Shown here piece after piece: positions 49,585-59,808 of a DNA stretch of 64,000 bases. Within the stretch, counting starts at the first letter, position 1. Every line of letters starts with the position of its first letter. Location of the stretch: positions 288,001 to 352,000 of the forward strand of contig CAXXLF010000002.1 in assembly GCA_963664015.2 (NCBI GenBank), written 5' to 3'. The translations under genes and the position numbers were made by a program. The DNA is from Candidatus Binatia bacterium. Its GTDB lineage: Bacteria > Desulfobacterota > Binatia > UBA9968 > CAXXLF01. Under the pieces are notes generated by a model. That model worked only from the letters and a program-made list of their open reading frames with translations. It did not search any database and was not told the DNA's origin.

Positions 49585-50622
49585 ATGAAAGATAGGAAAC
49601 GAATGTACGTGGGCTCCGAAATCGGGCTCGTTGTCATGACCCAAACGGACGCTCACTGGGAACAGGAAGCCGTAGCACTCAAGGATAAATCTATCAATAT
49701 GGTCGCGACACCGCAGAGAGGCAACGTCGTATATGCATGTGTCCCGAAAGAAGGGGTTTTCGCATCAAAAGATAGTGGAAAATCATGGGATTTGGTATTC
49801 CCCGGCAAGGTCCACACACTGGCCGTCGATCCGAGACAACCGAAAGTAGTTTATGCAGGGACCGAGCCCGTCCACTTATTTAGGTCCGACGATACGGGGG
49901 AACATTGGATTGAAGTCGAAGGTTTACAGCGGGTCCCGGAAGAGGCTCGTGACAGATGGTGGTTCCCGATCTACCCCCACGATTCCCATGTAAGAAGCAT
50001 CTTTGTCGATTGGCACGATTCACGAATAATCTGTGTGGGACTTGAGCACGGCGGAATCTTTCGCACTGTGGACGGGGGTGATAACTGGGAGGACCTGTCT
50101 GCCGGCATTGAGTACCTGGATATTCATATGGTGATGGGCGACCCTATCGAAAAGAATCTATACTACGCGGCCACGGCACGCGGATTTTATCGAAGTGAGA
50201 ATTTTGGAAGGGATTGGATCCTCTCCACGGATGGTGTATCCAGGGACTATTTTCATGATTTTGTGGCACTTCCGGGTTCCTCTTCAACCTTGCTAGTGGC
50301 AACGGCTAACGGCACCCCACCCGCATGGAGACGGCAAGAGAAGGCTCAAGCCGCGATCTATCGCAGTAATGACAGCGGCCTCTCCTGGCATCTCTTGAAT
50401 GGCGGCCTACACGAAAACATGGAGCGCATGGTCTGGAGCATTTTTCGCGACCCACAGGACGACGATTCCATATACGCCAGCATTGGTGACTACACCCCCC
50501 ATCTTTCCGATGGGGAGACCGGTTACGGAGAGGTGTGGAGCAGTCACGACCGAGGTAACCGTTGGCAAAAGATCCACAGAGGTGAGGGCCCGATTCGATC
50601 GGTCTGTGTCGATATCCAGTAA
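49585..50622 (+). CDS. BNR/Asp-box beta-propeller protein
   Basis: Asp-boxes SKDSGKSW, SDDTGEHW, TVDGGDNW, SNDSGLSW and SHDRGNRW. Confidence 0.85.
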   Translation: MKDRKRMYVGSEIGLVVMTQTDAHWEQEAVALKDKSINMVATPQRGNVVYACVPKEGVFASKDSGKSWDLVFPGKVHTLAVDPRQPKVVYAGTEPVHLFRSDDTGEHWIEVEGLQRVPEEARDRWWFPIYPHDSHVRSIFVDWHDSRIICVGLEHGGIFRTVDGGDNWEDLSAGIEYLDIHMVMGDPIEKNLYYAATARGFYRSENFGRDWILSTDGVSRDYFHDFVALPGSSSTLLVATANGTPPAWRRQEKAQAAIYRSNDSGLSWHLLNGGLHENMERMVWSIFRDPQDDDSIYASIGDYTPHLSDGETGYGEVWSSHDRGNRWQKIHRGEGPIRSVCVDIQ

Positions 50623-50663
50623 GCCACAGCGTTGCCGTCTGGAAAGGGTTTAGCGTCAGAGCA

Positions 50664-51554
50664 ATGACCAATCTAAGGAGAAACAAAGTACCGTGGGCTC
50701 CCCCTCCCGATGACGAGCTGAGCTGGTTTCCAGTCAAGGGGCGGTTGCCCTTATTCCCGCGCCCTCTGGAATACACCATAGAGGTAGAGGCATTCGGCTT
50801 CGGCGTCACTCGCGCGTTAGAGAGTCTTGAATTCCCCCTCACGGAAGTCCGCTCCCGACTATTGGACGGGCAGATATATCTCGCCATAGCTCCAACGGCG
50901 AATGCGGAACAGAATGCACCGCAACGCTTACGGCGTATTTGGGATTTGAATCTTCGATACACAAAAAACATCAGAGATCACTGGCATCAGCAGGTCCAAC
51001 CCAAAGTCGACGGCTACAACCGTTGGATGGCCGAGTTCATCCCACCCGACTGCACAGCTAAAGAATTAGCCGAGCAGGTCCGTCAACTTCGGTGGGTAAG
51101 AACAAACCAGTGGTTCAATATAGTCCGGCCGGTGGTCGCCCCGACAGCCCTTGTCCAGCGCCGCGCCAATGAAACCGTCAAAGAAAGAGGACATAATAGC
51201 ACGGAGGCTCAATCATGGATTCGTGCGGCTGACGATGGGTTGGCTATTACCAAGGAAGCCCTTGGGGTTCTTAATAAGGGCAATACCGTGATGCTATCTG
51301 GGTTGCGGCAAATTGGAGTGCGCATTAAGGACGCCGGCTCAATCGATAACCCGGAGGATATCTTCTGGCTCCAGTGGAAAGAGCTCCGAGGTATAATACA
51401 GGATGGCTCAAAGTGCCAAGAACGGGTCGCCGAGCGTCAAAAGAATGCCTCCCGGCTAGGCCGACAAGAACTGCCGGCCAGTATTGGGCCGGCGTTACCT
51501 GCCGACGCGGCCAGAATGTATCTGATCAACGATATTCTGGGCCTCCTCAGTTGA
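50664..51554 (+). CDS. hypothetical protein resembling the helical substrate-binding part of PEP-utilising (rifampin phosphotransferase-like) enzymes
   Basis: AGSIDNPEDIFWLQWKEL matches the G.I....DIF.L...E motif. No phospho-His swivel or ATP-grasp domain is visible. Confidence 0.5.
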   Translation: MTNLRRNKVPWAPPPDDELSWFPVKGRLPLFPRPLEYTIEVEAFGFGVTRALESLEFPLTEVRSRLLDGQIYLAIAPTANAEQNAPQRLRRIWDLNLRYTKNIRDHWHQQVQPKVDGYNRWMAEFIPPDCTAKELAEQVRQLRWVRTNQWFNIVRPVVAPTALVQRRANETVKERGHNSTEAQSWIRAADDGLAITKEALGVLNKGNTVMLSGLRQIGVRIKDAGSIDNPEDIFWLQWKELRGIIQDGSKCQERVAERQKNASRLGRQELPASIGPALPADAARMYLINDILGLLS

Positions 51555-51763
51555 TCTCTCATTGGCTCCCAGCGTAACCGGATTTATCCCCTTTATATTC
51601 CCCATCCGATGAAGCCTACGGATGCCCTGATCAGGCGGATTAGGGTCATAACTCTTGGTATTTCCCCACAAATATGGTAAAAGAATAAACGAATTTGGGG
51701 TCGACTACGGAAGCAATTAAGCTGCAGGTTTTGTCTTTATTTTCGGTCCCTTCCACATATCGC

Positions 51764-51838
51764 GAGCCGTTAGCTCAGCTTGGTTAGAGCATCTGCCTTT
51801 TAAGCAGAGGGTCGCTGGTTCGAATCCAGCACGGCTCA
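51764..51838 (+). tRNA. tRNA-Lys(TTT)
   Basis: GAGCCGT/ACGGCTC acceptor stem, TCTGC-CTTTTAA-GCAGA anticodon arm and GTTCGAA T-loop. Confidence 0.97.
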
Positions 51839-51842
51839 CATC

Positions 51843-51920
<78 letters not shown>

Positions 51921-52405
51921 AATTTCTCATTGTGTAACTGCACGGATTCCCTCATTGCCGTGCCTGATATAAAGATAACCCGATAAAATAGAAACAATGT
52001 TTAATGGCTAGATAACTCTGAGGTCGCACACTTTACAAGACTGGTTCTAAACTTTTATAAGGGAGGGGGAAAGGGCCTGCCCCAATATCGATGGCCACCA
52101 GGCGGATCCCCCCCCCTTAAATGTGATTAGTCCTGGCTTAATACCCCTTAACCAGGACAGCACTTAAAACAATTAAACCTGGTAGACACATTGTTAGCGG
52201 AAGATCCAAAATCCCCTGGGCGATTCGTGCGACTCCGTCTATTCTCCTTCCCTTCTGCCGAACACTTTGATGTAATAAGAACCTATTCGCAACAGATTGC
52301 TATCCTCCTTGTTTGATTCGTTGTCTTCCAGATATTGCCTTTCCGAATCCGAAAGATGTTCAGGCTTTCCTTTTTGCCGTTTGCTTCCGTCCGATATTCG
52401 GCAGT

Positions 52406-53182
52406 CTACTTTTCCCACTGTTTCCGCAACGTGTAAATCACCGAGAAAAGGACCGTGACCGTCACGAAAATTACCCCAAGTGCGTTGATCACCGGCGTGT
52501 GGGCCTTGCGCGCCTGAGCCGCGATCTCCGTGGTCAGCGTGCACGAACCACCGATGGAGAACACCGTCGTGTTGTAATTCTCGAAGGACATCAGGAAGGC
52601 CAGCGCAGCGCTACTGAGAATGGCGGGCAAGAGGAAGGGAAAGGTCACACGACGGAACAGGAAGAACGGTGAAGCGCCGAGGTCAAGGGCTGCCTCTTCC
52701 TGCGAACGGTTTTTTCGCTGGAGCCGGGCCATGATGATCAGCATCGGGAACGAAGCAATAAAGGTAGTTTGCGCCAATATCGTTGTGTAGAGATCGGCGC
52801 CGACGCTAAAGTTACGCCAGAATACGATGGTAGCGATGCCAAGTACGATTCCCGGGGTCAGCATGGGAGAGATCAAGAACGCATAGAGCACATTCGTCGC
52901 CCACCCTTCGAGTCTGGTGAGTAGGATAGCAGCCGACAACCCGAGCAACACCGACGCCGGCACGACAAAGATGGCGATACGGAACGAGTTCTGCAGACAG
53001 CCGATCAGCCGATCCTCCGCGAGAAGGCGGGGAAACCAAGCCAACGTCAATTCCTGCCAGTTGGTCACCGACGGTGGCGACACACTGTTAAAGGCCGCCA
53101 GTATCATGAGAACGAGGGGCAGGAACATGAACATCACGAACATGCCGATGAAGATGTTTAGTAGGGCGTCACCTCTGTCCAT
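52406..53182 (-). CDS. potC: spermidine/putrescine ABC transporter permease
   Basis: EEAALDLGAS EAA loop; last gene of the operon. Confidence 0.85.
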   Translation of the reverse strand: MDRGDALLNIFIGMFVMFMFLPLVLMILAAFNSVSPPSVTNWQELTLAWFPRLLAEDRLIGCLQNSFRIAIFVVPASVLLGLSAAILLTRLEGWATNVLYAFLISPMLTPGIVLGIATIVFWRNFSVGADLYTTILAQTTFIASFPMLIIMARLQRKNRSQEEAALDLGASPFFLFRRVTFPFLLPAILSSAALAFLMSFENYNTTVFSIGGSCTLTTEIAAQARKAHTPVINALGVIFVTVTVLFSVIYTLRKQWEK

Positions 53183-53194
53183 TTTCTTCCCGGT

Positions 53195-54322
53195 TCATCG
53201 CGCTAGTTGCCTGAGTTTCACGCCGAAGATGGCCATGACGGCGAATATGAACACGATGCAGATAAGTAGCAGTGTGAAAGAGTAAGCCGAGCCCTGATTC
53301 CAGTTCGACGATTCGAAGAACTTGTCATAGATGAGCTGTGTGAACCATTTGGGCTGAAGTCCGCGAGTAATAATATAAGGCACCGAGAACGACCCTGCTG
53401 CCAACATGAAGGTCATGATGCAGCCAACGGCAATTCCGGGTCTTGTGTGGGGAATAATAACGCGCCAGTGAATGCGCCATGTCTTGGCCCCGAGGTCCCG
53501 GGCCGCCTCGACCTGGTTCGGATCAAGCGTTGCCATCGTGTTGTATATGGGGAAAACCATGAACAGAATGTAGGTGTAGACCAGAACCACCAGCACCGCT
53601 CCTGGGAATCGATACCAGATGATGACCTCATCCCTCGCAAACGAGGCAAAGCCGGCAAGATCCAGTAAGGTATTCAAGAGTCCATGCAAGTCGAACACCA
53701 TCAACCATGCATAGATCCGCATCAACTCGTTAACCGCATACGGTACAAAAAGCGCGGTGAACAGAATGACGGTTTTTATCGGTCCGGACCGTAGCGCTAA
53801 GGCATAGGCCACCGGATAGCATACAGCCAGCGCGATCAGCGTGACGATCAGTGCAAAGGCGATGGTCTTGGTCAGAGTCCACGCGTGCAGTCCCGTCATT
53901 GAGGTGTAGTTCCTGGCAGAGTAGGGAAACTGCTGAGCCTTGGCTGCCTTGAGGTTCTGCTCCTCGACGAGCAGTGATTGAATTTTATCCTCGATCTCGT
54001 GCACTTGTTGTTCCAACCGGAGCTTGTCTTCTTCCCCGAACTCCCCACAGCTCGAATCACCGGTCATCATGGGATTGACCATGCCCGTGGAGTTGCAGGC
54101 CGGACCGTTCACCAAATCGTATTTCTTGGTTCCCTTGTCGCGATACAATACGTCCAGATCGTTAACAATCTTCGTCAGGCGGTCGCCACGCTCCTCGAAG
54201 CGAAGGCTGAGTTCGATCATGAAGAACTGAGGTGCAACGATGAGGAAAGTCAGCCACAACGCCACGCAGACTGAAAAGAACGTGGTCAGCGGCCAACCGT
54301 AGATTTCAATTAGTTGCTTCAT
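53195..54322 (-). CDS. potB: spermidine/putrescine ABC transporter permease with coiled-coil periplasmic insert
   Basis: EAARDLGA, CYPVAY and RIYAW. Start placed at MKQLIE. Confidence 0.85.
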   Translation of the reverse strand: MKQLIEIYGWPLTTFFSVCVALWLTFLIVAPQFFMIELSLRFEERGDRLTKIVNDLDVLYRDKGTKKYDLVNGPACNSTGMVNPMMTGDSSCGEFGEEDKLRLEQQVHEIEDKIQSLLVEEQNLKAAKAQQFPYSARNYTSMTGLHAWTLTKTIAFALIVTLIALAVCYPVAYALALRSGPIKTVILFTALFVPYAVNELMRIYAWLMVFDLHGLLNTLLDLAGFASFARDEVIIWYRFPGAVLVVLVYTYILFMVFPIYNTMATLDPNQVEAARDLGAKTWRIHWRVIIPHTRPGIAVGCIMTFMLAAGSFSVPYIITRGLQPKWFTQLIYDKFFESSNWNQGSAYSFTLLLICIVFIFAVMAIFGVKLRQLAR

Positions 54323-55418
54323 CGACTTGACGACCCGTATCAGCGAGTTCCCCGCTGGCCATGACAATTGCATCAACGGCGGCAAAGCCGACATGCATCG
54401 AATGATCGTGATCGATCCCGGCGTCGTCGGCCTTGGACATATGGGCCACGATGGACTGCTCTCCCGTGGATAATACCCAGTTCACGTACGCGCCTTCCAT
54501 GTCGCGGCGGACGGGCTTTACAGCCACGCGATTATCGGACTGGGACTCATGGCCGATTTTCAAGGCTTCGGGGCGCACGAACAGCATTGCGTCGACACCG
54601 ACCGCCAGACCGGCAACCGCCCGCCCGCGCAAGGTGCCGAGTTCTGATTCGAGGGTCGCGACGCCGTCCTCTATCACTGTTATTCGCCCCCTTAGAATGT
54701 TGTTCTCGCCCACGAAACTAGCCACGAACGGCGTACTCGGGCGGTCATAAATACGATCGCTGGTATCGACCTGCTCCATGCGGCCGTGATTCATGACTGC
54801 CACGCGGTCCGACATGGTGAGCGCTTCGCCCTGGTCGTGGGTAATGTAGATAAAGGTAACACCGGTCATGCGCTGAATGTGCCTGAGCTCGGCGCGCATG
54901 TGCTGGCGGAGTTTGAGGTCGAGAGCGGACAAGGGCTCATCGAGCAGAAGCACCGAAGGTTCTACCGCTAAAGCCCTGGCTACCGCAACGCGTTGTCGTT
55001 GACCACCCGATAGCTCATCCGGTTTTTTCATCTCCTCGCCGTTCAACGCAACCAGGTCAATAAGTTCCATGGCGCGTTTGCGTCGCTCGGCTTTGCCCAC
55101 CCCTCGTGCCTCTAGCCCAAATGCGATGTTTTCCCAGACGGACATGTATGGGAAAAGGGCCAAGTTCTGGAAGATAAGTGCAGTAGGCCGCTGATTCGGC
55201 GGTACACCCAGCATGATGTCCTCGCCGATACGAATGCTTCCACTTGCTGGGCTGAGGAACCCCGAGATCATGCGCAGCATGGTCGTCTTGCCACAGCCCG
55301 AGGGGCCGAGAATCGAGAAGAACTCCCCCGCGTTGATCACGAGGTCGGTAGGATACACAGCGGTAAAATCGCCGAACTTCGCGGATACCTTTTCTAGGAC
55401 TACTTCTTTGCCATGCAC
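54306..55418 (-). CDS. potA: polyamine ABC transporter ATP-binding protein
   Basis: GPSGCGKT, LSGGQRQR, LLLDEP and THDQ. Start codon uncertain (GTG at 55418 chosen). Confidence 0.88.
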   Translation of the reverse strand: MHGKEVVLEKVSAKFGDFTAVYPTDLVINAGEFFSILGPSGCGKTTMLRMISGFLSPASGSIRIGEDIMLGVPPNQRPTALIFQNLALFPYMSVWENIAFGLEARGVGKAERRKRAMELIDLVALNGEEMKKPDELSGGQRQRVAVARALAVEPSVLLLDEPLSALDLKLRQHMRAELRHIQRMTGVTFIYITHDQGEALTMSDRVAVMNHGRMEQVDTSDRIYDRPSTPFVASFVGENNILRGRITVIEDGVATLESELGTLRGRAVAGLAVGVDAMLFVRPEALKIGHESQSDNRVAVKPVRRDMEGAYVNWVLSTGEQSIVAHMSKADDAGIDHDHSMHVGFAAVDAIVMASGELADTGRQVDEATN

Positions 55419-55524
55419 TGCTCGAGCCCACCATGATATACGGACAGCCTCGCCATGGAGGCTCGTCTCGTCAGTCGTTGCCCGGAAAGACGTGGCCGCC
55501 CGCCACGATTGTATAAAACCAGCA

Positions 55525-56709
55525 TCAAGCGTTGCTGATTTTCTCAACGTACTCCTGGCGCAGGGGAGCGAACCACGGCGTGTCCGCCTGCCACCACCAC
55601 ATGTTGCTCAACACGTCAGGGCGATAGACTTCCGCGAACTGCCGTTTGAAGGTGTCAGAGGTGAATTCTGATGAACCGGCGACCGCGGAGTTGTATCCCG
55701 TTTTGTTGGAGAACATGCCGCCAACTTTCGGTGTCAAGATGTAGTTGATGAACTTGTAAGCTTCGTCGACGTTCTCCGCACCAGCTAGGATGCCGACGGA
55801 GTCGAGCCATGTGAGGATGCCTTCCTTGGGCGCTCGGTACTTGTAGGCCGAGTCCTCTCGGGCAAGCAACAGACCCGTGGTATCCCACGTCTGCCCGATT
55901 ACGGCCCCAGCATCCTTAAAGGAGGACGTGGCTTCGGTGGCGTTGTTCCAGAAGGCGCCGAACCAGTCCTTGCGCTCGATAATCCAGTCTGTGATCTCGG
56001 ACAATACACGCCGCGCGCCCTCTTCGGACTTGTAGACGTCGAGCATACGATTGGATTTTACCACGCCGATGGAGTCCAAGTATAATCCCGTACCCATAAT
56101 GACGGATTTCTGCCGAAAGGCGACCTTTCCCTTGACCTCCAGCCGCCACAGATCACCGAACGAGATCTCGTCGTCTTTCAAGCTCAGGGTTTTGGAGTTG
56201 TAGGTGATGCCCTCGGTTCCCCAGTCAAACGGAATCAGATAGCGTTTGTCGCGATACACGGCACCTAGCTGAATCGAATCACGCAAAAACGAGGGGATTA
56301 CGGCCTGGAGATTCACCCGCTTCTCGTCGATGGGTGCCAGCCAGATACCACCCGGGGCATTGGAGTCCTCGTAGTTCGCCCGGTTGGTGACGGACGGGAA
56401 GATGACATCCCAGCCTTTGCCTCCGGCGGCCTTGGTTTTTTGCTCGGCTTCATCATTGGATCCGAAGGTGGTGAGATTGACCTTGATGCTGGTTTCCTTC
56501 TCGAAGCCATCGATCATGTCCTGGTTGACGTAGTCCACCCAGGCGAAAACATTCACCTGCCGGGACGCCGCGAGTACCTGTGATTTGATGATCCAGGGCC
56601 CAGTCGCCGCAATTGCGATTACGGCGCACTTTTTGAGAAACGAACGCCGCGAAACGTCGCCCAAGGAGCACGAGATTTTAGTTTTGTCATTAATGTCAAT
56701 TCTACTCAG
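55525..56709 (-). CDS. potD: Tat-exported PotD/PotF-type polyamine-binding protein
   Basis: SRRSFLK twin-arginine signal, FAWVDY, PFDWGT and PKEG...W.D. The start is probably CTG at 56709 after an AGAGGAG RBS; the alternative is TTG at 56664. Confidence 0.82.
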   Translation of the reverse strand: MSRIDINDKTKISCSLGDVSRRSFLKKCAVIAIAATGPWIIKSQVLAASRQVNVFAWVDYVNQDMIDGFEKETSIKVNLTTFGSNDEAEQKTKAAGGKGWDVIFPSVTNRANYEDSNAPGGIWLAPIDEKRVNLQAVIPSFLRDSIQLGAVYRDKRYLIPFDWGTEGITYNSKTLSLKDDEISFGDLWRLEVKGKVAFRQKSVIMGTGLYLDSIGVVKSNRMLDVYKSEEGARRVLSEITDWIIERKDWFGAFWNNATEATSSFKDAGAVIGQTWDTTGLLLAREDSAYKYRAPKEGILTWLDSVGILAGAENVDEAYKFINYILTPKVGGMFSNKTGYNSAVAGSSEFTSDTFKRQFAEVYRPDVLSNMWWWQADTPWFAPLRQEYVEKISNA

Positions 56710-57235
56710 ATAACATCTCCTCTGGAACCGGACAGCTCGCAGTGAGATCTCGCCGCAAATTGCCGGTGTGCGGTAATGCTAGGTTCGGCGTTCACCGCCA
56801 ACATATCTTTTTATTCGAATGAGATCGCGTTGTCGCCAGCCCCCCCGAGAAACTCTAGCCCCGTAGTTCAGGGCTTGCAATCAAATAGCCCCCTTTCCGT
56901 CATAAAAAACAAAAAGCACCGCTGGAATGTTGCCTTGTCCCGTTGCCTTACCCTGCCTTACTCTTATTACTTCTTTACTGAGAGCTGATCACTGATATCT
57001 GGTGACTTTTATACAAATTCGCACTCACTTGTCAATTTCCGTTACGTTGGGAAAACCCTATGATAGAAAAGAACAAATGACTTGGTATTTCGGAAGGGAA
57101 ATAGTTGAATCCAAGACTTGGGGTAACCCGCATTAGAGCAGGATTATTGAACCCTTTGCAAATAGCAATATGGCAAGCTTGACCCCGATATGGGGGCTTG
57201 ACTGCCTCTCCCGGGCCCCCTACACCGTTCCGGGT

Positions 57236-58408
57236 TTATGTAGGGATATCCTGCAAAAACATTTCTTTTGGCAGCTCCTTTCCCAGGCCCTTTTGCCGGG
57301 CGTTGTCATAGATCCGACCGCCGACGCTTGCAAATTGGATCCCTTGGATGCCTGAGCTTGCCCCAATATCGCCTTCTAGAGTACCAAAGGACTGGGTTGC
57401 AAGGGTCGTTATCTCGTCTTTCCCGGTTCGTTGGTACCGTTGACCACTTTCCCAGTCGACGCAATCTACGTAGCGCGCATTAGGATACCGCTCACGCCCC
57501 TTGAGATTCTGCGAACTCCAGCTGCTGGTCGGTACTTTGTCCCGCTCATCCGGTTGTCCGGCAAGATAGCACATGGTGTTGACACGGACAGCAAAATCAT
57601 CGTCGATGAAATCCGCCACCGAAGGCGGCCTTCGGCGAACCAGGAGTCCGACTGTGTCGATTCGCTCGTATACGTCCGGGCTCAATTCCGATGCCATGAC
57701 GTTGGCGATATGTACACCTGGCTCGAGCCACTTTCCCTGGATTACAGGGGTATAGGAATTCGTGCAGGCAGCCACAATGTCGGCCCCGCGCAAGGCCTCC
57801 TCAGGCTTGCCAACCGGGATAACCTCGCATTCCAGTATCTGAGAGATCTCACCTGCAAATTTTGCTACATTGGCTTTTGTCGGGCTATAAACCTTGATGG
57901 TGGAGATGTCGTGGACCGCACAAAAGGCCCGGGCGAAACTTCTGGCCATCCCCCCTGATCCGATCATACCAAGAACCTTTGCCTCTGGTCTCGCTAGGTA
58001 CTTCGCTCCGATGGCTGCCGTGCAAGCGACGCGGAGATGTTGTACGAATCCATCGTTCATGATGGCGAGAAGTTCCGCATTGTTTACGCTAAACAGAAAT
58101 ACCAACCCGCCGTATAGGCCCGGCTGAGAACAGTAGGTAACCCGTCGCCGCATGCCGTTTACCACTGGCCACGAGATCATGTCGGGCTTGATCCGCAAGG
58201 CATAATAACCTGGCTCTTTCATGCCTCCTTCCATGGAGCTGAAGGAAAAAAACTCATCGGGACGTTTTGACGGGATCAGGTTGTCGATGCGGGGACGACG
58301 AATCGCGTCTCCACGCGCCATTTGTCGGATCCCGCTTTCCAATGCCTCGATGGCTTCCTGCGTCGTAATGGAGCGTTCCTGTTCCTGATTGCTCAAAAAT
58401 AATGCCAT
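57236..58408 (-). CDS. ornithine cyclodeaminase/mu-crystallin family protein
   Basis: RVACTAAIGAKYLAR, IGSGGMA, ADIVAACT and PGVHI; AAGGAGG RBS. Confidence 0.88.
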   Translation of the reverse strand: MALFLSNQEQERSITTQEAIEALESGIRQMARGDAIRRPRIDNLIPSKRPDEFFSFSSMEGGMKEPGYYALRIKPDMISWPVVNGMRRRVTYCSQPGLYGGLVFLFSVNNAELLAIMNDGFVQHLRVACTAAIGAKYLARPEAKVLGMIGSGGMARSFARAFCAVHDISTIKVYSPTKANVAKFAGEISQILECEVIPVGKPEEALRGADIVAACTNSYTPVIQGKWLEPGVHIANVMASELSPDVYERIDTVGLLVRRRPPSVADFIDDDFAVRVNTMCYLAGQPDERDKVPTSSWSSQNLKGRERYPNARYVDCVDWESGQRYQRTGKDEITTLATQSFGTLEGDIGASSGIQGIQFASVGGRIYDNARQKGLGKELPKEMFLQDIPT

Positions 58409-58449
58409 GGATCCTCCTTCGCACCTTCCCTTTGCGCACAACTCAGAAA

Positions 58450-58857
58450 TCAATGGGATTTTATCGCATCCGAGGGAACACAAATATTTTTAGTCGGGTC
58501 AACGGCTCTGAATATTTTGCATTGTGAAAGCGTCTCAAACGTGTCTTTAATTCCCCATTTTTTTACACCAACGCTTACCAAGAACCATGCGCTAACCTTT
58601 TCTTGAGATTTCCCCTGGTTTTGCTCCAGAAGCCTTCTTGTGTTCGCCCTATCTTCTTCCTCAGCTCTCAATCTTTCTGACTCTATCCTCAATCTCTCCC
58701 CCTCTAATTGTACTTGTTGGTTTCTTTGCCTAGTCCTACTTAGCTCTGCCGCTTGATTAAATATATTTGGAGCGTTGCTTTTAGAGATGAAAGCGGAAGC
58801 TGGGCAAATCCAAGACTCGGCAACCACAGGCAAATGATCAGCACGACTATAGTGCAT
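58450..58857 (-). CDS. hypothetical protein (coiled coil)
   Basis: 135 aa ORF with a strong AAGGAGG RBS. Confidence 0.5.
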   Translation of the reverse strand: MHYSRADHLPVVAESWICPASAFISKSNAPNIFNQAAELSRTRQRNQQVQLEGERLRIESERLRAEEEDRANTRRLLEQNQGKSQEKVSAWFLVSVGVKKWGIKDTFETLSQCKIFRAVDPTKNICVPSDAIKSH

Positions 58858-59003
58858 AACTCAGTCCTCCTTCTAGCGGCTTCTATCCCCCCCCCAAGGT
58901 TAAGTCAAGGGCGGCAGTCAAGGTGATGGTATAGGCGACGTAGGAAAGTGGTTTAACCAACTAGACCCCTAAAGGCTCCCCTTTTTAATAGAGTCCAAGC
59001 TGG

Positions 59004-59426
59004 TCAATTATCCACCTTCGAGGACCCTTTTTTGACATGCGCCCCTTCGATAATCCTGCTTAAACTGGCTATGTTGGATGTCGATTTGCCCTCTAACAGT
59101 CTTCTTTGCTGAAAGGACCGATCCATTAGCGCAATATTCTCGATTGGCCTCATTTCCCCTTCCTCTGCTAGGTCGTGTAGGTTCATCCTGGCTTTAGCTC
59201 CCAGGAGGTAGAGATCCTCTATCTCCTTCTCCTTAATTTTCTCGACCATCATGCTAATATCAGGATCGGTAAACACCTCACTTTTCAAATACCTGATGAT
59301 CGTATTATCGCTTTTTCCCATTCTCACAGCGATAGCCGTTGGGCTGACTCCCAGGTCATTCATGGCTTTCATACGTGCTAATTCTTTCTTGTTAGGTTTC
59401 TTCCCTCGCATTGGGTATACCCCCAT
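59004..59426 (-). CDS. HTH-containing phage-like protein (terminase small subunit-like)
   Basis: LGVSPTAIAVRMGKSDNTIIRYL HTH and C-terminal RRLLEGKSTSN. Confidence 0.55.
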   Translation of the reverse strand: MGVYPMRGKKPNKKELARMKAMNDLGVSPTAIAVRMGKSDNTIIRYLKSEVFTDPDISMMVEKIKEKEIEDLYLLGAKARMNLHDLAEEGEMRPIENIALMDRSFQQRRLLEGKSTSNIASLSRIIEGAHVKKGSSKVDN

Positions 59427-59729
59427 TAAATTTAATTCTAGGGCGTTTTAGAGGTCTTTATGATCGTCCCGGTGACGCTCTTTTTGTTTTGCTTGGGGAT
59501 CACACATCACTATATCAGCATCTCAATGGCCGGCCCCCCCCTGGCGGCTAATTTTTCGGTGACATAAACAACAACCGAAACGGTTTCGGTTCTAAGGTGA
59601 TTTTATGGTATATAAAGGGGGTTTTTAAGGATGACACCGGGACTATAGCAGACAATAGCAACAGTTGATTTCTCCCAAAATTACTTTAACTTCCTGATGT
59701 TTTCCTATGCTTTGTTTGGTTAGCCTGAT

Positions 59730-59756
59730 CGGGTTCAAATCCCGTCGGGGACGCCA
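59730..59756 (+). repeat. att site: duplicated 3' end of tRNA-Glu
   Basis: Identical to 51894-51920. Confidence 0.93.
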
Positions 59757-59808
59757 TAATTCCACCGCACCGGCTTAACACTAGCGCCTCATAGTATCGA
59801 CACCCTCA

